This document shows positions 29,653-39,967 of a DNA stretch of 64,000 bases, piece by piece. The stretch is from assembly GCA_964512315.1 (NCBI GenBank), contig CAZEIK010000001.1:20408-84407 (forward strand), written 5' to 3'. A program made the position numbers and the translations under genes. Below the pieces are notes generated by a model that worked only from the letters and a program-made list of their open reading frames with translations, did no database searches and was not told where the DNA came from. This DNA comes from an uncultured Candidatus Saccharibacteria bacterium. GTDB lineage: Bacteria; Patescibacteriota; Minisyncoccia; Phycocordibacterales; UBA5272. Within the stretch, counting starts at the first letter, position 1; the number at the start of each line of letters is the position of its first letter.

Positions 29653-31980
29653 ATGAAAGAAGAAAAAGCTTTTGAGAAGTACGTAAGAGCGGCTAATTAT
29701 TTGTCAGCAGCTCAGATTTTCTTGCAGGATAATTTTCTTCTGAAGAGGCCGCTGAAGTTCTCGGACATTAAGCCGAGACTGCTCGGTCACTGGGGTACTG
29801 CGCCAGGTGTGAATCTGGTATATGCGCATTTAAATAGGCTAGTAAGAGATAATGACCAGGAGATGATTTTTGTACTTGGCCCAGGGCATGGCTTTGCAGC
29901 ACTGCAGGCTAATCTTTTTATGGAGGGGACATTAAGTAAGTATTATCCAGAGTATCCAAGGGATGTGGATGGTATGAGCAAGATGATAAAGATGTTCAGC
30001 TGGCCTTACGGATTCCCAAGCCATACTAATCCTGGTACGCCTGGGGCAATATTAGAAGGAGGAGAGCTGGGCTACTCATTGTCTACCGCTTATGGGGCAG
30101 TACTAGATAATCCTAACTTAATAGCAGCGGTGTTAGTTGGTGATGGCGAAGCAGAGACAGGACCACTAGCTACTTCGTGGCATATTAACAAATTCATAGA
30201 CCCAAAGACATGTGGCACGGTGCTACCTATATTGCATAGGAATGGATATAAGATCTCGGGGCCAACTATTTTTGGTAGAATGAGTGAAGAAGAATTGGAG
30301 GCACTGTTTACTGGTTATGGATATCATCCTTATTTTGTTTCGGGAGGTAAAAATGTTCATCGTGACCTGTCTGCGACACTGGATAAATGTTACAAAGAGA
30401 TACAAAAAATAAAGTCACAAGATGGGGATTTTGTTCCACGCTTCCCAATGATTATATTAACTACTGAAAAGGGTGAAGGTGGTGTAAAAGAGTTAAACGG
30501 AAGAAAAGTAGAAGGCAATTTTGCTTCGCATCAAGTGGTATTAACTGATGCTAACAATAGCAAAGAGCAGTTAGTGATGTTAGAAGAGTGGCTGAAGAGT
30601 TATAAATTTGAGGAGCTGTTCGACGAGGAGGTTGGCTTCTGCGAGGAGATAGAGTCACTAATACCCAAGTCAGAAAGAAGAATAGGTAATAATAGGCAAT
30701 GCTTCGGCGGTGAAGCGGTGTGTAAGGACTTATTCTTGCCTGATATAACGCCAGATGCAGTACAAGTTGTAGCTCCAGGCGATAACTCGTCTAGTAACAT
30801 GCGTGCAGCAGGAGCTTATCTAAAGCGTGTAATTGAGATGAATGAAGTATCTAAAAATTTTAGAGTATTTTCTCCAGATGAGACTTATTCCAATAAGCTT
30901 GATGCTATTTTCCAGAAGACCACTAGGCAATTCTTATGGCCAATCAAAAAGCAAGACGAAGACATGTCTAGGAGCGGTAGGGTCATAGAGATGTTGAGCG
31001 AGCATTCACTGCAAGGCATGATGCAAGGTTATATATTAACGGGCAGGCATGCAGTGTTCCCATCTTATGAGGCATTTGTTCAGATCGTTAGTAGTATGGC
31101 TGATCAATACGCCAAGTTCATTAGAGTCGCAAGAGAGATACCGTGGCGTGGGCATGTGGCCTCTCTTAATTATATTCTAACTAGCCCAGGCTGGGCTCAG
31201 GAGCATAATGGCTTCTCACATCAGAATCCTGGCTTCATAGATACTGTATTACAAAAACACGGCTCATTTGTTCATGTCTATTTCCCGACAGACAGAAATA
31301 GTACATTAGTAGTACTTGAAAAGTGTCTCGCTTCCAAGGAAGGCATTAACTTAATTGTCTCAGGTAAGGCCGATACCCCTGAGTGGCTCAATTTGGACCA
31401 AGCTAGAAAAATGGGAGATATGGGTCTAGCCATATGGGACTTTGCTAGCGATCAGAATCCAGATATTGTCTTTGCGGCAGTGGGTGACTATTTAACCAGG
31501 GAGTGCTTGGCAGCTATAATGATTTTGAAAGAAGATGTAGAGGGTATTCGTTTGAGGTTTGTAAATATTTTAGAACTGACTGCACTATTGCCTCAGAATG
31601 GTAAAAGATTTGAAAGTTTTAATAATTATTTTACTGAAGATAAGCCAGTTATAATAAATTTTCATGGTTATCCAGAGACTATAAAACAAATACTTTTTGA
31701 TATGGGTAGTGCGGCGGGCCGTATGTATATACATGGATACTTAGAGAGCGGGTCAACGACTACGGCTTTTGATATGCAAGTTCGTAATGAGACAAGTCGT
31801 TATCACCTAGCAATGCAGACCTTAGATATTTTGTATAAAAAGGGAGAGCTAAGCTCAGACTTGTATCAGAATCTTAAAAATAAATATAAACTTATACTCG
31901 AGGAACACCGTAAATATATTATTGAAAATGGTGAAGACCCAGAATTTATATCAAAATGGAAATGGAGAAAAATATATTAG
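29653..31980 (+). CDS. xfp: xylulose-5-phosphate/fructose-6-phosphate phosphoketolase
   Basis: 775 aa, TPP-binding GDGE motif region, conserved XFP N-terminus (LLGHWGT). Confidence 0.9.
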   Translation: MKEEKAFEKYVRAANYLSAAQIFLQDNFLLKRPLKFSDIKPRLLGHWGTAPGVNLVYAHLNRLVRDNDQEMIFVLGPGHGFAALQANLFMEGTLSKYYPEYPRDVDGMSKMIKMFSWPYGFPSHTNPGTPGAILEGGELGYSLSTAYGAVLDNPNLIAAVLVGDGEAETGPLATSWHINKFIDPKTCGTVLPILHRNGYKISGPTIFGRMSEEELEALFTGYGYHPYFVSGGKNVHRDLSATLDKCYKEIQKIKSQDGDFVPRFPMIILTTEKGEGGVKELNGRKVEGNFASHQVVLTDANNSKEQLVMLEEWLKSYKFEELFDEEVGFCEEIESLIPKSERRIGNNRQCFGGEAVCKDLFLPDITPDAVQVVAPGDNSSSNMRAAGAYLKRVIEMNEVSKNFRVFSPDETYSNKLDAIFQKTTRQFLWPIKKQDEDMSRSGRVIEMLSEHSLQGMMQGYILTGRHAVFPSYEAFVQIVSSMADQYAKFIRVAREIPWRGHVASLNYILTSPGWAQEHNGFSHQNPGFIDTVLQKHGSFVHVYFPTDRNSTLVVLEKCLASKEGINLIVSGKADTPEWLNLDQARKMGDMGLAIWDFASDQNPDIVFAAVGDYLTRECLAAIMILKEDVEGIRLRFVNILELTALLPQNGKRFESFNNYFTEDKPVIINFHGYPETIKQILFDMGSAAGRMYIHGYLESGSTTTAFDMQVRNETSRYHLAMQTLDILYKKGELSSDLYQNLKNKYKLILEEHRKYIIENGEDPEFISKWKWRKIY

Positions 31981-33113
31981 TTCTAAATATCGGTAGCTCA
32001 TCTAAAAAGTATTCGCTCTTTAGTGGCGACAAGCATTTGTATTCTGCACATTTTGAAAAAGTTGGTGATGGGTATGTAGTTAAGTATGGTATAGAAAATG
32101 AAGTCGCTTCTAATGCTTTTGAATACGGCGAGGCCGTTGAGTGTTTCTATAAAAAGGTTAATGGATTGGGGTTTGTAAAAGATAGACTTGATGTTGACCT
32201 TGTCGCCATTCGTGTCGTTGCTCCTGGGACAAAATTCCAACAAAATTGTCTAGTTGATGACGTGTACATATCGTCACTGGGAGAGGTTGCTGCTGATGGT
32301 TACTTGCATGCACAAATAGTTCAAGAGGAGATAGTGAAAGTTAGAAAGTTTTTAAATGAAGTTAAGATTGTTGCAGTCTCAGACAGTGCATTCCATTCTA
32401 ATCTGCCTCGAGTCTCTCGAAATTATGCATTACCAAAAAATATTATAGAAGAAAATGACTTGTATCGTTTCGGTTATCATGGGCTATCTGTAGCAGCTGC
32501 GGCTAGATTTTTAAAAAGTGTTAACAGATTAGAAAGTAGAGCTATAGTGTGCCACCTCGGTAGTGGTGCAAGTGTGACAGCATTGATTAATGGTCGTAGT
32601 GTAGACACTAGTATGGGATATGCTCCATTCGACGGGTTAATCATGAGCTCGAGGTCCGGTAATGTTGATCCTGGTGCAGTGTTAAAGTTATCTAAAAAGT
32701 ATAGCCCAAATGAAATAGAAAATATTTTGTATAAAGATAGCGGACTCTTGGCTATAAGTAACATATCCAAAGATATGAGGGACCTCCTGGCTCTGGAGCA
32801 GAAGGGAGACAAGAATGCTGAGCTTGCAATTAACTCTTTTGTTTATTCTGTTAAGAAGTATATTGGTGCCTATGCTGCAGCTATGGGTGGAGTAGATGCG
32901 ATAGTATTCTCAGGCACAATGGGTATAAGGTCGGAGCCAATCAGGAGACGCATTTGCTCTAGTATGAAGTTTTTAAATATTGAATTAGATCAAGACAAAA
33001 ACAAAGAAGGTCAATTCAATAAAAACACCTCTACAGAAAAGTCCGTTCCAGTTTATCTTGTAGAAACAGATGAAGCCAAAGAGATGGCGTTAGTTGCTCT
33101 TTCCTTTTTGTAG
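31956..33113 (+). CDS. ackA: acetate kinase
   Basis: ILVLNIGSSS N-terminal ATPase motif; overlaps xfp stop (translational coupling). Confidence 0.85.
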   Translation: MEMEKNILVLNIGSSSKKYSLFSGDKHLYSAHFEKVGDGYVVKYGIENEVASNAFEYGEAVECFYKKVNGLGFVKDRLDVDLVAIRVVAPGTKFQQNCLVDDVYISSLGEVAADGYLHAQIVQEEIVKVRKFLNEVKIVAVSDSAFHSNLPRVSRNYALPKNIIEENDLYRFGYHGLSVAAAARFLKSVNRLESRAIVCHLGSGASVTALINGRSVDTSMGYAPFDGLIMSSRSGNVDPGAVLKLSKKYSPNEIENILYKDSGLLAISNISKDMRDLLALEQKGDKNAELAINSFVYSVKKYIGAYAAAMGGVDAIVFSGTMGIRSEPIRRRICSSMKFLNIELDQDKNKEGQFNKNTSTEKSVPVYLVETDEAKEMALVALSFL

Positions 33114-33130
33114 AACTATACTTATAAATT

Positions 33131-33838
33131 ATGGAAGCAAGAAAAGAGAATCAAGAGTTCGAGTTACTTTGCGCGCAATTAAATGACCCGAAAGTTCTTG
33201 AAGATTATAAACATTGTGATGATAATTATCGTCCAGCATTAGTGCCTAGGATGCTGGGCAAATTACTTGTAACCGCTGGTAACATTGTATATGGTTACAA
33301 GTCATCGTATTTAAAATTTAGAGCAGTGGAGGTTATTGCTCGCGTTCCTTATCATTCTTGGGACTCGGCAATGTTCACACTTCAGACAATGTTCTACTCT
33401 AATGAGAACAAGGCAATGCAATTATCTAAAATAGCCGAGTTCTCAAGAGTGGCAGCAGAGAATGAGACCATGCATGTAATAGTTATATCTAGCATTGCCA
33501 AAAAGGAGCACAAACGTGCTGGTATATTGAGGCACACTGTTATACCGATGTTATTCGCATTCTTCTATTTCTGGATGTCATATTTCTTATATATGATAAA
33601 GCCTAGATATTCATATGAGCTTAATTATCTTTTTGAACAACACGCATTCGACTCTTACAGTGAATTCTTAGAGCTTGATGGAGAGTCTTTAAAAAAGAAA
33701 ACAGTAGATAGTGAATTCTTGAGATGGTACGGACGCAATCCGATAAGTCAGTATGACTTTTTCTTGTCGGTTCGTAACGATGAGATAATACACAGAAATA
33801 CTTCTATAAGAGAGATTGAAAGAGTGGAGAGTATCTAA
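33131..33838 (+). CDS. alternative oxidase (AOX/PTOX-like membrane diiron carboxylate oxidase)
   Basis: four AOX signature boxes in order: VEVIARVP (LETVA), ENETMHV (NERMHL), EQHAFDSYSEFL (LEEEAxHSYTEFL), RNDEIIHR (RADEAHHR), with a hydrophobic interfacial segment between boxes 2 and 3. Confidence 0.7.
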   Translation: MEARKENQEFELLCAQLNDPKVLEDYKHCDDNYRPALVPRMLGKLLVTAGNIVYGYKSSYLKFRAVEVIARVPYHSWDSAMFTLQTMFYSNENKAMQLSKIAEFSRVAAENETMHVIVISSIAKKEHKRAGILRHTVIPMLFAFFYFWMSYFLYMIKPRYSYELNYLFEQHAFDSYSEFLELDGESLKKKTVDSEFLRWYGRNPISQYDFFLSVRNDEIIHRNTSIREIERVESI

Positions 33839-33842
33839 ATAC

Positions 33843-33874
33843 AAAAAGTCGCCCGCGGAGCGGGCGACTTTTTG
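33843..33874. terminator. bidirectional terminator (AAAAAGTCGCCCGC-GGAG-CGGGCGACTTTTT)
   Basis: perfect 12 bp inverted repeat with flanking A/T runs. Confidence 0.8.
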
Positions 33875-33881
33875 TATTTTA

Positions 33882-34376
33882 TTATTTATAATGATCGCGT
33901 ATCTCGAACAATATATAGAAACCAATAAGAGCACTAACAAAAGTTCCTACAAATCCACCAAACATCAAAACCATACTGACGACACCACTTATTACACTAA
34001 GTATCTCACTGTAAAAAGCATAATCCCAACCTTTCTTTGTTCTGGCTGCCAGTCCCTTGTAAGCCATCAATAAGAATATTGCAGAAGCAAGAGATATTAA
34101 CAGAACTACAAGTAATGGTAAGCTGGCTCCCAGACTTAACACTGTTAATCCTGCTGTTAAGATCCCTCCTGTAGCAAGACCGATAACACCCAATATTCCA
34201 AACACTAGAGCGACGTAAGGAGAAACATCTACTAAGAATTTTCTTCCACCCTCGGGTAAGTGTGGAAAGTTTTTAAAGAAGTCCGCAAGAACAGACTCTA
34301 ATTTGCTAGCATGAGAGTGCACCTTGTGATGCATGTTCTCATGTGAAGCATGTTCATGATTTGTTGTATTTTCCAT
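33882..34376 (-). CDS. hypothetical 4-TM membrane protein with His-rich N-terminus (HEHASHENMHHKVHSH)
   Basis: hydrophobic helices; metal-binding-like His cluster. Confidence 0.4.
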   Translation of the reverse strand: MENTTNHEHASHENMHHKVHSHASKLESVLADFFKNFPHLPEGGRKFLVDVSPYVALVFGILGVIGLATGGILTAGLTVLSLGASLPLLVVLLISLASAIFLLMAYKGLAARTKKGWDYAFYSEILSVISGVVSMVLMFGGFVGTFVSALIGFYILFEIRDHYK

Positions 34377-34400
34377 AATATTTAAAGTATACTACAATTC

Positions 34401-35108
34401 ATGGAACAAGTACTTCTACCTTTACACTTACTAAGTTTATTATATTGTATCGTTACAATAATACGTTCTGACCTGTTGGGGTCTAAATGGTTACGCGGCA
34501 AAATAGATACGATAAATAAAGACAAATTACAAAGCCTACACAAGCAAGCTTGGATAGGATTAATATTAATGATAGCCACAGGCTCGGTATTGTTCTATCA
34601 AAGTATGGACGTGTTACTTGCTTCAGCACCATTCTATGTCAAAATGGCGTGTGTTCTGGCATTAGTAATAAATGCTTTTGCAATAGGCAGGCTAATGAAA
34701 GTTGCTACAGAAAAGAAGTTCTCAGAAGTAAGTAAGGAGGTAAAGGTTAAATTATTTGTATCAGGGTTTGTTTCTATATTTTGTTGGATAATGGCAGCCA
34801 CAGCCGCATTCTTTATCTTGCCTGAAGGTGAAGATGCTGTACTTCCTATAATAGACAATCAATCAACAACAAAAACTTTTACACTAGCTGAAGTTGCTAC
34901 ACACGGAGGAGAGGACAGTTGTTATACAGCGATCAATGGTAATGTATACGACATAACAAAATACATATCATTGCATCCGGGAGGCAAGACTGCAATTATG
35001 AGAGTTTGTGGTAATGATGGAACTGCAACATTTACTCGTAAGCATGGTGACGATGAGAAGCCAAATTTGATTTTACGCAGCATGCAAGTAGGGGTGCTTA
35101 CTCAATAA
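34401..35108 (+). CDS. membrane protein with C-terminal cytochrome b5-like heme-binding domain
   Basis: 4 N-terminal TM helices; C-terminal YDITKYISLHPGG...GNDGTATF...KHG matches the cyt b5 HPGG fold signature with the second His. Confidence 0.6.
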   Translation: MEQVLLPLHLLSLLYCIVTIIRSDLLGSKWLRGKIDTINKDKLQSLHKQAWIGLILMIATGSVLFYQSMDVLLASAPFYVKMACVLALVINAFAIGRLMKVATEKKFSEVSKEVKVKLFVSGFVSIFCWIMAATAAFFILPEGEDAVLPIIDNQSTTKTFTLAEVATHGGEDSCYTAINGNVYDITKYISLHPGGKTAIMRVCGNDGTATFTRKHGDDEKPNLILRSMQVGVLTQ

Positions 35109-35110
35109 AT

Positions 35111-35497
35111 ATGAAAGCTGTAGTTAACTTTTTCGACAAATTAGAAGATCATGTAAGAGGAGGACTCTCTAAATATCCACTTATATACTCTTTCTTTGGG
35201 GGCACTGGTGTTATCTTGTTTTGGAGAGGGCTTTGGCATAGCGCAGACTGGTTAGAAAGTAACACATTGTATGGCGAAGTGCTTTTTTCTAATGTTGGGT
35301 CAATGCTTTTGGGTATAGTTCTATTGCTTATTACTGGCTTATTCGTGTCTGTTTTTATTGGAGACAGCATAATCATGACAGGCGTTAAGCATGAAAAGAA
35401 ATTGACCGAAAAAACAGAAGACGAAATAGAAGAGGAAAAATTAGAGCTACTACATCTTCACAAAGACTTAGAGGACATAAAAGATAAGTTGAATTAA
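35111..35497 (+). CDS. small 2-TM protein with acidic coiled-coil tail
   Basis: ORF immediately follows the cyt b5 gene (3 nt gap). Confidence 0.35.
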   Translation: MKAVVNFFDKLEDHVRGGLSKYPLIYSFFGGTGVILFWRGLWHSADWLESNTLYGEVLFSNVGSMLLGIVLLLITGLFVSVFIGDSIIMTGVKHEKKLTEKTEDEIEEEKLELLHLHKDLEDIKDKLN

Positions 35498-36144
35498 TGA
35501 GCAACTGTAAAAGCTATCACACTTTTTACACCGCTTGGAATCAATAACTTTCTTATTTCGTAAAGAGTAACACCGGTTGTGGTTATGTCATCAATGATTA
35601 TTACGTCTTTATTTTTAATTTCTTCTAAAAATTGATCGTTAACAGTAAAAGAGTTTTCTATTTCTATTTTCCTTTCGTCTATATTTTGAGTTTTGAAAAG
35701 CTTGTTGGTATTTTTGGTTCTAGTTAATGCATCGCAAATCTTAAAATTATTGTTCCCATTCGCTAGGCCGCCTGCTACAGACAGCGCCTGGTTATAACCT
35801 CTTTCTGAGAGTCTTGATTTTGATATTGGGACGGGGATGAGTAAGAATTGTCCATCTTTTACTTTTTGTTTTAAGTGGTCACGTGAGTATTGTCCTAAAA
35901 TATATCCAAGTTCCTCAACGTGATCATACTTTAACTTGAAAAGAAGTTTCCTTACGTCACTGTCTTCGTAGGAGTATTTGCTATGTATCCAGTCTGGTAG
36001 TGTTCGATGGTTTAGCTTAAGTCTGGACTCACACTCTTCACATAATAGATAATTATATTTGTCACACAAAATACAAAATTTTGGGAATAATAATTTACTT
36101 AAAATGCTTAGAAGTTTTGTTAAGCTCACAATAAAAGTATACAA
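35494..36144 (-). CDS. comFC: ComF-family phosphoribosyltransferase-domain protein
   Basis: N-terminal CxxC...CxxC zinc finger, C-terminal PRTase motif VIIIDDITTTG. Confidence 0.6.
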   Translation of the reverse strand: MYTFIVSLTKLLSILSKLLFPKFCILCDKYNYLLCEECESRLKLNHRTLPDWIHSKYSYEDSDVRKLLFKLKYDHVEELGYILGQYSRDHLKQKVKDGQFLLIPVPISKSRLSERGYNQALSVAGGLANGNNNFKICDALTRTKNTNKLFKTQNIDERKIEIENSFTVNDQFLEEIKNKDVIIIDDITTTGVTLYEIRKLLIPSGVKSVIAFTVAH

Positions 36145-36191
36145 GAAAAGCCTTATTTAAATAAGTTTTTCAGCTTTAATTCGAGTGCTTT

Positions 36192-38654
36192 TTGTGGTAT
36201 AATCTTCGAATGTCATTAATTTCTAAAATATTCCCTAGCGAAGACTCACGCACCATAAAAAAGCTTGAGCCAACAGTGAAAAAAATCCTGGATCTAGAAG
36301 AAGAGCTCAAGGCTCTATCTGATGAGGAGCTTAAGCAGAAGTCTCTAAGCTTGCGTGACAAGATACGCGCAGCTGAGCACAAGTCTAAAGAGTTAGACGA
36401 TAATATACATATTGCTTTTGCTCTATGTCGTGAAGCAGCGAGACGTACGCTCGGCATGATGCATTATCGTGTACAGTTAATAGGAGGACTATTAATTCAC
36501 AAAGGACACATAGCGGAGATGCGTACAGGAGAGGGTAAGACATTAGTAGCCACACTTCCAGCTTATGCGAATGCGCTGGTAGGTGAGGGTGTACATGTTG
36601 TAACTGTGAATGATTATTTGTCACGTCGCGACGCAGTATGGATGGGTCAAGTGTACGCCGCACTTGGAGTTAGTGTTGGTATTATCAATCACGAGAAGAG
36701 TTACCTCTATACAGAAGTAATGAACAAAGAGGAGGATCGTGTTCGTGATGAGGCCGGTGGATACAAGGTTGAGTATGACTATCTTAAGACTGTAGACAGA
36801 AAAGATGCCTACAATGCAGATGTGACTTATGGAACCAATAATGAGTTTGGGTTCGACTACTTGCGCGATAATTTAGTGTATACAATGGAGGAGACTTCTC
36901 AGCGTGGACATTACTTTGCAATTGTTGACGAGGTGGACTCTATCTTGATCGACGAGTCTCGTACGCCGCTTATTATTTCTAATGCGGCTCGCGACAGTGA
37001 AGACTTATACAAGACTTTTGCAAACATCGCAGAGGGGTTAGTTAAAGATGTCGACTACACAGTAGACGAAAAGCAGAATGCAATTGCTATGACGGAGTCG
37101 GGTATTGCAAAGGCCGAGGCAAAATTAAGAGTACCGAGTCTTTATACCGCAGAAAATATGAAGCTGGTGCATCACTTAGAGACTGCGGTTAAAGCTAAGG
37201 CTTTATATATAAGAGAGAAGCAATATGTTGTGCGCGACAATGAAGTGATAATTGTAGATGAGTTCACTGGTCGTATGCAGCCAGGACGTCGCTGGTCAGA
37301 CGGGTTACACCAAGCGGTGGAGGCAAAGGAAAATGTAGAAGTTCAGAAAGAGTCTAGAACTGTTGCCTCTATTACTTTCCAGAATTATTTTAGATTCTAT
37401 AAGAAGCTTTCTGGTATGACAGGTACAGCTAAGACTAGTGCCGAAGAGTTCTACAAAGTATACGGTCTCGTGGTTACTACTGTCCCAACACATAACCCAA
37501 TCAAGCGTATCGACCACAGCGATCTTATTTATCAGACAGAAAAAGGTAAATTCAAAGCACTAGCTAAAAAAGTAAAAGAGTTAAACGACAAAGGTCAACC
37601 AGTTCTAATTGGTACTATTTCAATTGAGAACAATGAGATACTTTCTAAATATCTAGAGCGCGAAGGCATAACTCACTCAGTACTTAATGCTAAGAATCAC
37701 GAGAGAGAGGGGGAGATTATTGCTGATGCTGGTAAGCGTGGTGCAGTGACTATTGCAACTAACATGGCTGGTCGTGGAGTGGACATCAAGTTAGGTGGTG
37801 CCAATGCTACAAAAGATCAACATGATGAAGTAGAGGGCTTGGGCGGACTGTTTGTAATCGGTACAGAGCGTCATGAGGCACGTCGTATTGATAATCAGTT
37901 GCGTGGTCGCGCTGGTCGCCAAGGAGACAGAGGTGAGACACAATTCTATGTATCATTAGAAGACGATCTTATGCGTGTGTTCGGCTCTGACAGGATTAAG
38001 AGCATGATGGGCAAGTTCGGCATACCAGAAGATGAGGCAATATCTAACAAAATGGTATCGCGCGCTCTCGAGACAGCTCAAGAGAAGATAGAAGGTTATC
38101 ATTTTGATGCACGTAAGCACACATTGCAGTACGATGATGTGCTCAATCAGCAACGTACTAGTGTATACGACAGACGTCGTAAGGCTCTAGAGAATAATGT
38201 TAACTATATAGAAGAGGTCCTGAGTGATCTTTCTAAAGATGAGAAGGTTGCAACTATTATCAACGAAAAGCGTATCAAGTATCCAGCTGAGTTCAATTCT
38301 CTTGTTCGTGCTGTGTTACTTCAAATATATGACGTAGTGTGGATGGACCACCTGGAGCACATGGACAATCTTCGCCAGACTGTTAACCTGCGTGCATATG
38401 GTCAGCGTGACCCATTGGTAGAATACAAACGCGAAGGACTCTCAATGTACAAGCATTTAGACTCTAGAGTTAAGTCAGACCTGGCGGCGTTTATTACTCA
38501 CATGGACTCGGTTGTTATGCAAATGCGTATGGCTGAAGTATCTAAGACAAAAGATGCAGTTGGTGACCTGGGACGTAATGATCCATGCCCATGTGGTAGC
38601 GGTAAGAAGTTAAAGAAATGTGATTGTAAGGAGTACGCACATCTTAGAAATTAG
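36192..38654 (+). CDS. secA: preprotein translocase ATPase SecA
   Basis: DEAD-like motor motifs, C-terminal CPCGSGKK zinc finger. Confidence 0.9.
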   Translation: MWYNLRMSLISKIFPSEDSRTIKKLEPTVKKILDLEEELKALSDEELKQKSLSLRDKIRAAEHKSKELDDNIHIAFALCREAARRTLGMMHYRVQLIGGLLIHKGHIAEMRTGEGKTLVATLPAYANALVGEGVHVVTVNDYLSRRDAVWMGQVYAALGVSVGIINHEKSYLYTEVMNKEEDRVRDEAGGYKVEYDYLKTVDRKDAYNADVTYGTNNEFGFDYLRDNLVYTMEETSQRGHYFAIVDEVDSILIDESRTPLIISNAARDSEDLYKTFANIAEGLVKDVDYTVDEKQNAIAMTESGIAKAEAKLRVPSLYTAENMKLVHHLETAVKAKALYIREKQYVVRDNEVIIVDEFTGRMQPGRRWSDGLHQAVEAKENVEVQKESRTVASITFQNYFRFYKKLSGMTGTAKTSAEEFYKVYGLVVTTVPTHNPIKRIDHSDLIYQTEKGKFKALAKKVKELNDKGQPVLIGTISIENNEILSKYLEREGITHSVLNAKNHEREGEIIADAGKRGAVTIATNMAGRGVDIKLGGANATKDQHDEVEGLGGLFVIGTERHEARRIDNQLRGRAGRQGDRGETQFYVSLEDDLMRVFGSDRIKSMMGKFGIPEDEAISNKMVSRALETAQEKIEGYHFDARKHTLQYDDVLNQQRTSVYDRRRKALENNVNYIEEVLSDLSKDEKVATIINEKRIKYPAEFNSLVRAVLLQIYDVVWMDHLEHMDNLRQTVNLRAYGQRDPLVEYKREGLSMYKHLDSRVKSDLAAFITHMDSVVMQMRMAEVSKTKDAVGDLGRNDPCPCGSGKKLKKCDCKEYAHLRN

Positions 38655-38667
38655 TTAAAATATAAAC

Positions 38668-39942
38668 ATGAAAGAGCTCGTTAAATACATCATAGTTACC
38701 ATAATCACCCAAGAGGCCAAGTTAATTCTAAAAAAACATAAGCCATTTGTAATAGGTGTTACTGGTAATCTTGGTAAAACGAGCACAAAAGACAGCATTG
38801 TTGCGGCGTTATCTAGTCTCTCAGTGAGAGGAACAGAAAAGTCTCTTAACAGTGAATTCGGTGTGCCTCTTACGATAATTGGCGAGAAAAGTGGTTGGAA
38901 TAATTTGTTCAAGTGGCTGAGGATTATATATCGCGGGCTTGTAGTTTATTTTTCTAAAAACTATCCTAAATACTTAGTCTTAGAAATTGGTGCTGACCAC
39001 AAAGGTGACATAGAGTCAGTTACAAAGTGGCTCAAAACTGACGTAACAGTTTTGACTCAATTCTCAGAGATACCTGTACATGTCGAGAACTTTGCCTCCA
39101 GAGAGGAGCTGGTAAGAGAGAAGCAATTCTTGGCAGAAGCGGTAAAAGAGGGCGGGCTATTTATCTACAATCAAGACTGTCACGACAGTGTCGGGATAGC
39201 AGCAAAGATTAAAAGGAATAAAATTTCTTTTGGTGTACACAGTGGTGACTGGGTAGCCAGAAATATATCCAACTCTCTAGCTAATACTGGCTCAGTATCA
39301 GCTGAGATATTTAACAAAGACAAACATTTAACAGATATATCTTGCGCTGGAGTATTAGGTGAGAGTCCTATATTGTGCGCATTACCAGCCCTTATTGTTG
39401 CGGACTATTTGGAAGTGAATGTGAATGACGCAGCTAAGGGGGTAAGTAATATGAAGCGCGCGGCAGGCAGGATGAGAGTCTTAGAAGGCAAGATGAATTC
39501 AATCCTTATCGACGATACTTATAATGCTTCACCGCTTGCGACTATGCACGGGCTACATACATTAGGTAACTTGGATGGCAAGAGAAAAATTGCGGTCCTG
39601 GGCGACATGTTAGAGCTAGGCGAATACACCAAAGAGGCTCATACAAAAGTTGGCGCCTTAGCTGCTAAGACCGCTCACTTAATATTCACAGTTGGCAATC
39701 GTGCTCGCACCACAGCAGAAGCAGCGCTTGATAATGGCGCAGCGGGTGAGTCTGTTATACAGTGTGAGAATTCTCGTGATGTAGGCAGGGAAGTTTTGAA
39801 GATATTGCAGCCTGGTGACATAGTCTATTTAAAAGGCTCGCAGGGTATACGTATGGAAAGAGCGGTTAAGATGCTCCTTGCTGACCACCTGGACCCATCT
39901 ATCAACCTTGTTCGCCAAGACGAAGAGTGGCTCAAGAGATAA
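38668..39942 (+). CDS. murF: Mur ligase family protein (MurF-like)
   Basis: GNLGKTSTK P-loop, DDTYNASP motif. Confidence 0.65.
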   Translation: MKELVKYIIVTIITQEAKLILKKHKPFVIGVTGNLGKTSTKDSIVAALSSLSVRGTEKSLNSEFGVPLTIIGEKSGWNNLFKWLRIIYRGLVVYFSKNYPKYLVLEIGADHKGDIESVTKWLKTDVTVLTQFSEIPVHVENFASREELVREKQFLAEAVKEGGLFIYNQDCHDSVGIAAKIKRNKISFGVHSGDWVARNISNSLANTGSVSAEIFNKDKHLTDISCAGVLGESPILCALPALIVADYLEVNVNDAAKGVSNMKRAAGRMRVLEGKMNSILIDDTYNASPLATMHGLHTLGNLDGKRKIAVLGDMLELGEYTKEAHTKVGALAAKTAHLIFTVGNRARTTAEAALDNGAAGESVIQCENSRDVGREVLKILQPGDIVYLKGSQGIRMERAVKMLLADHLDPSINLVRQDEEWLKR

Positions 39943-39967
39943 CGCATCTGATGTATAATATATTTAT

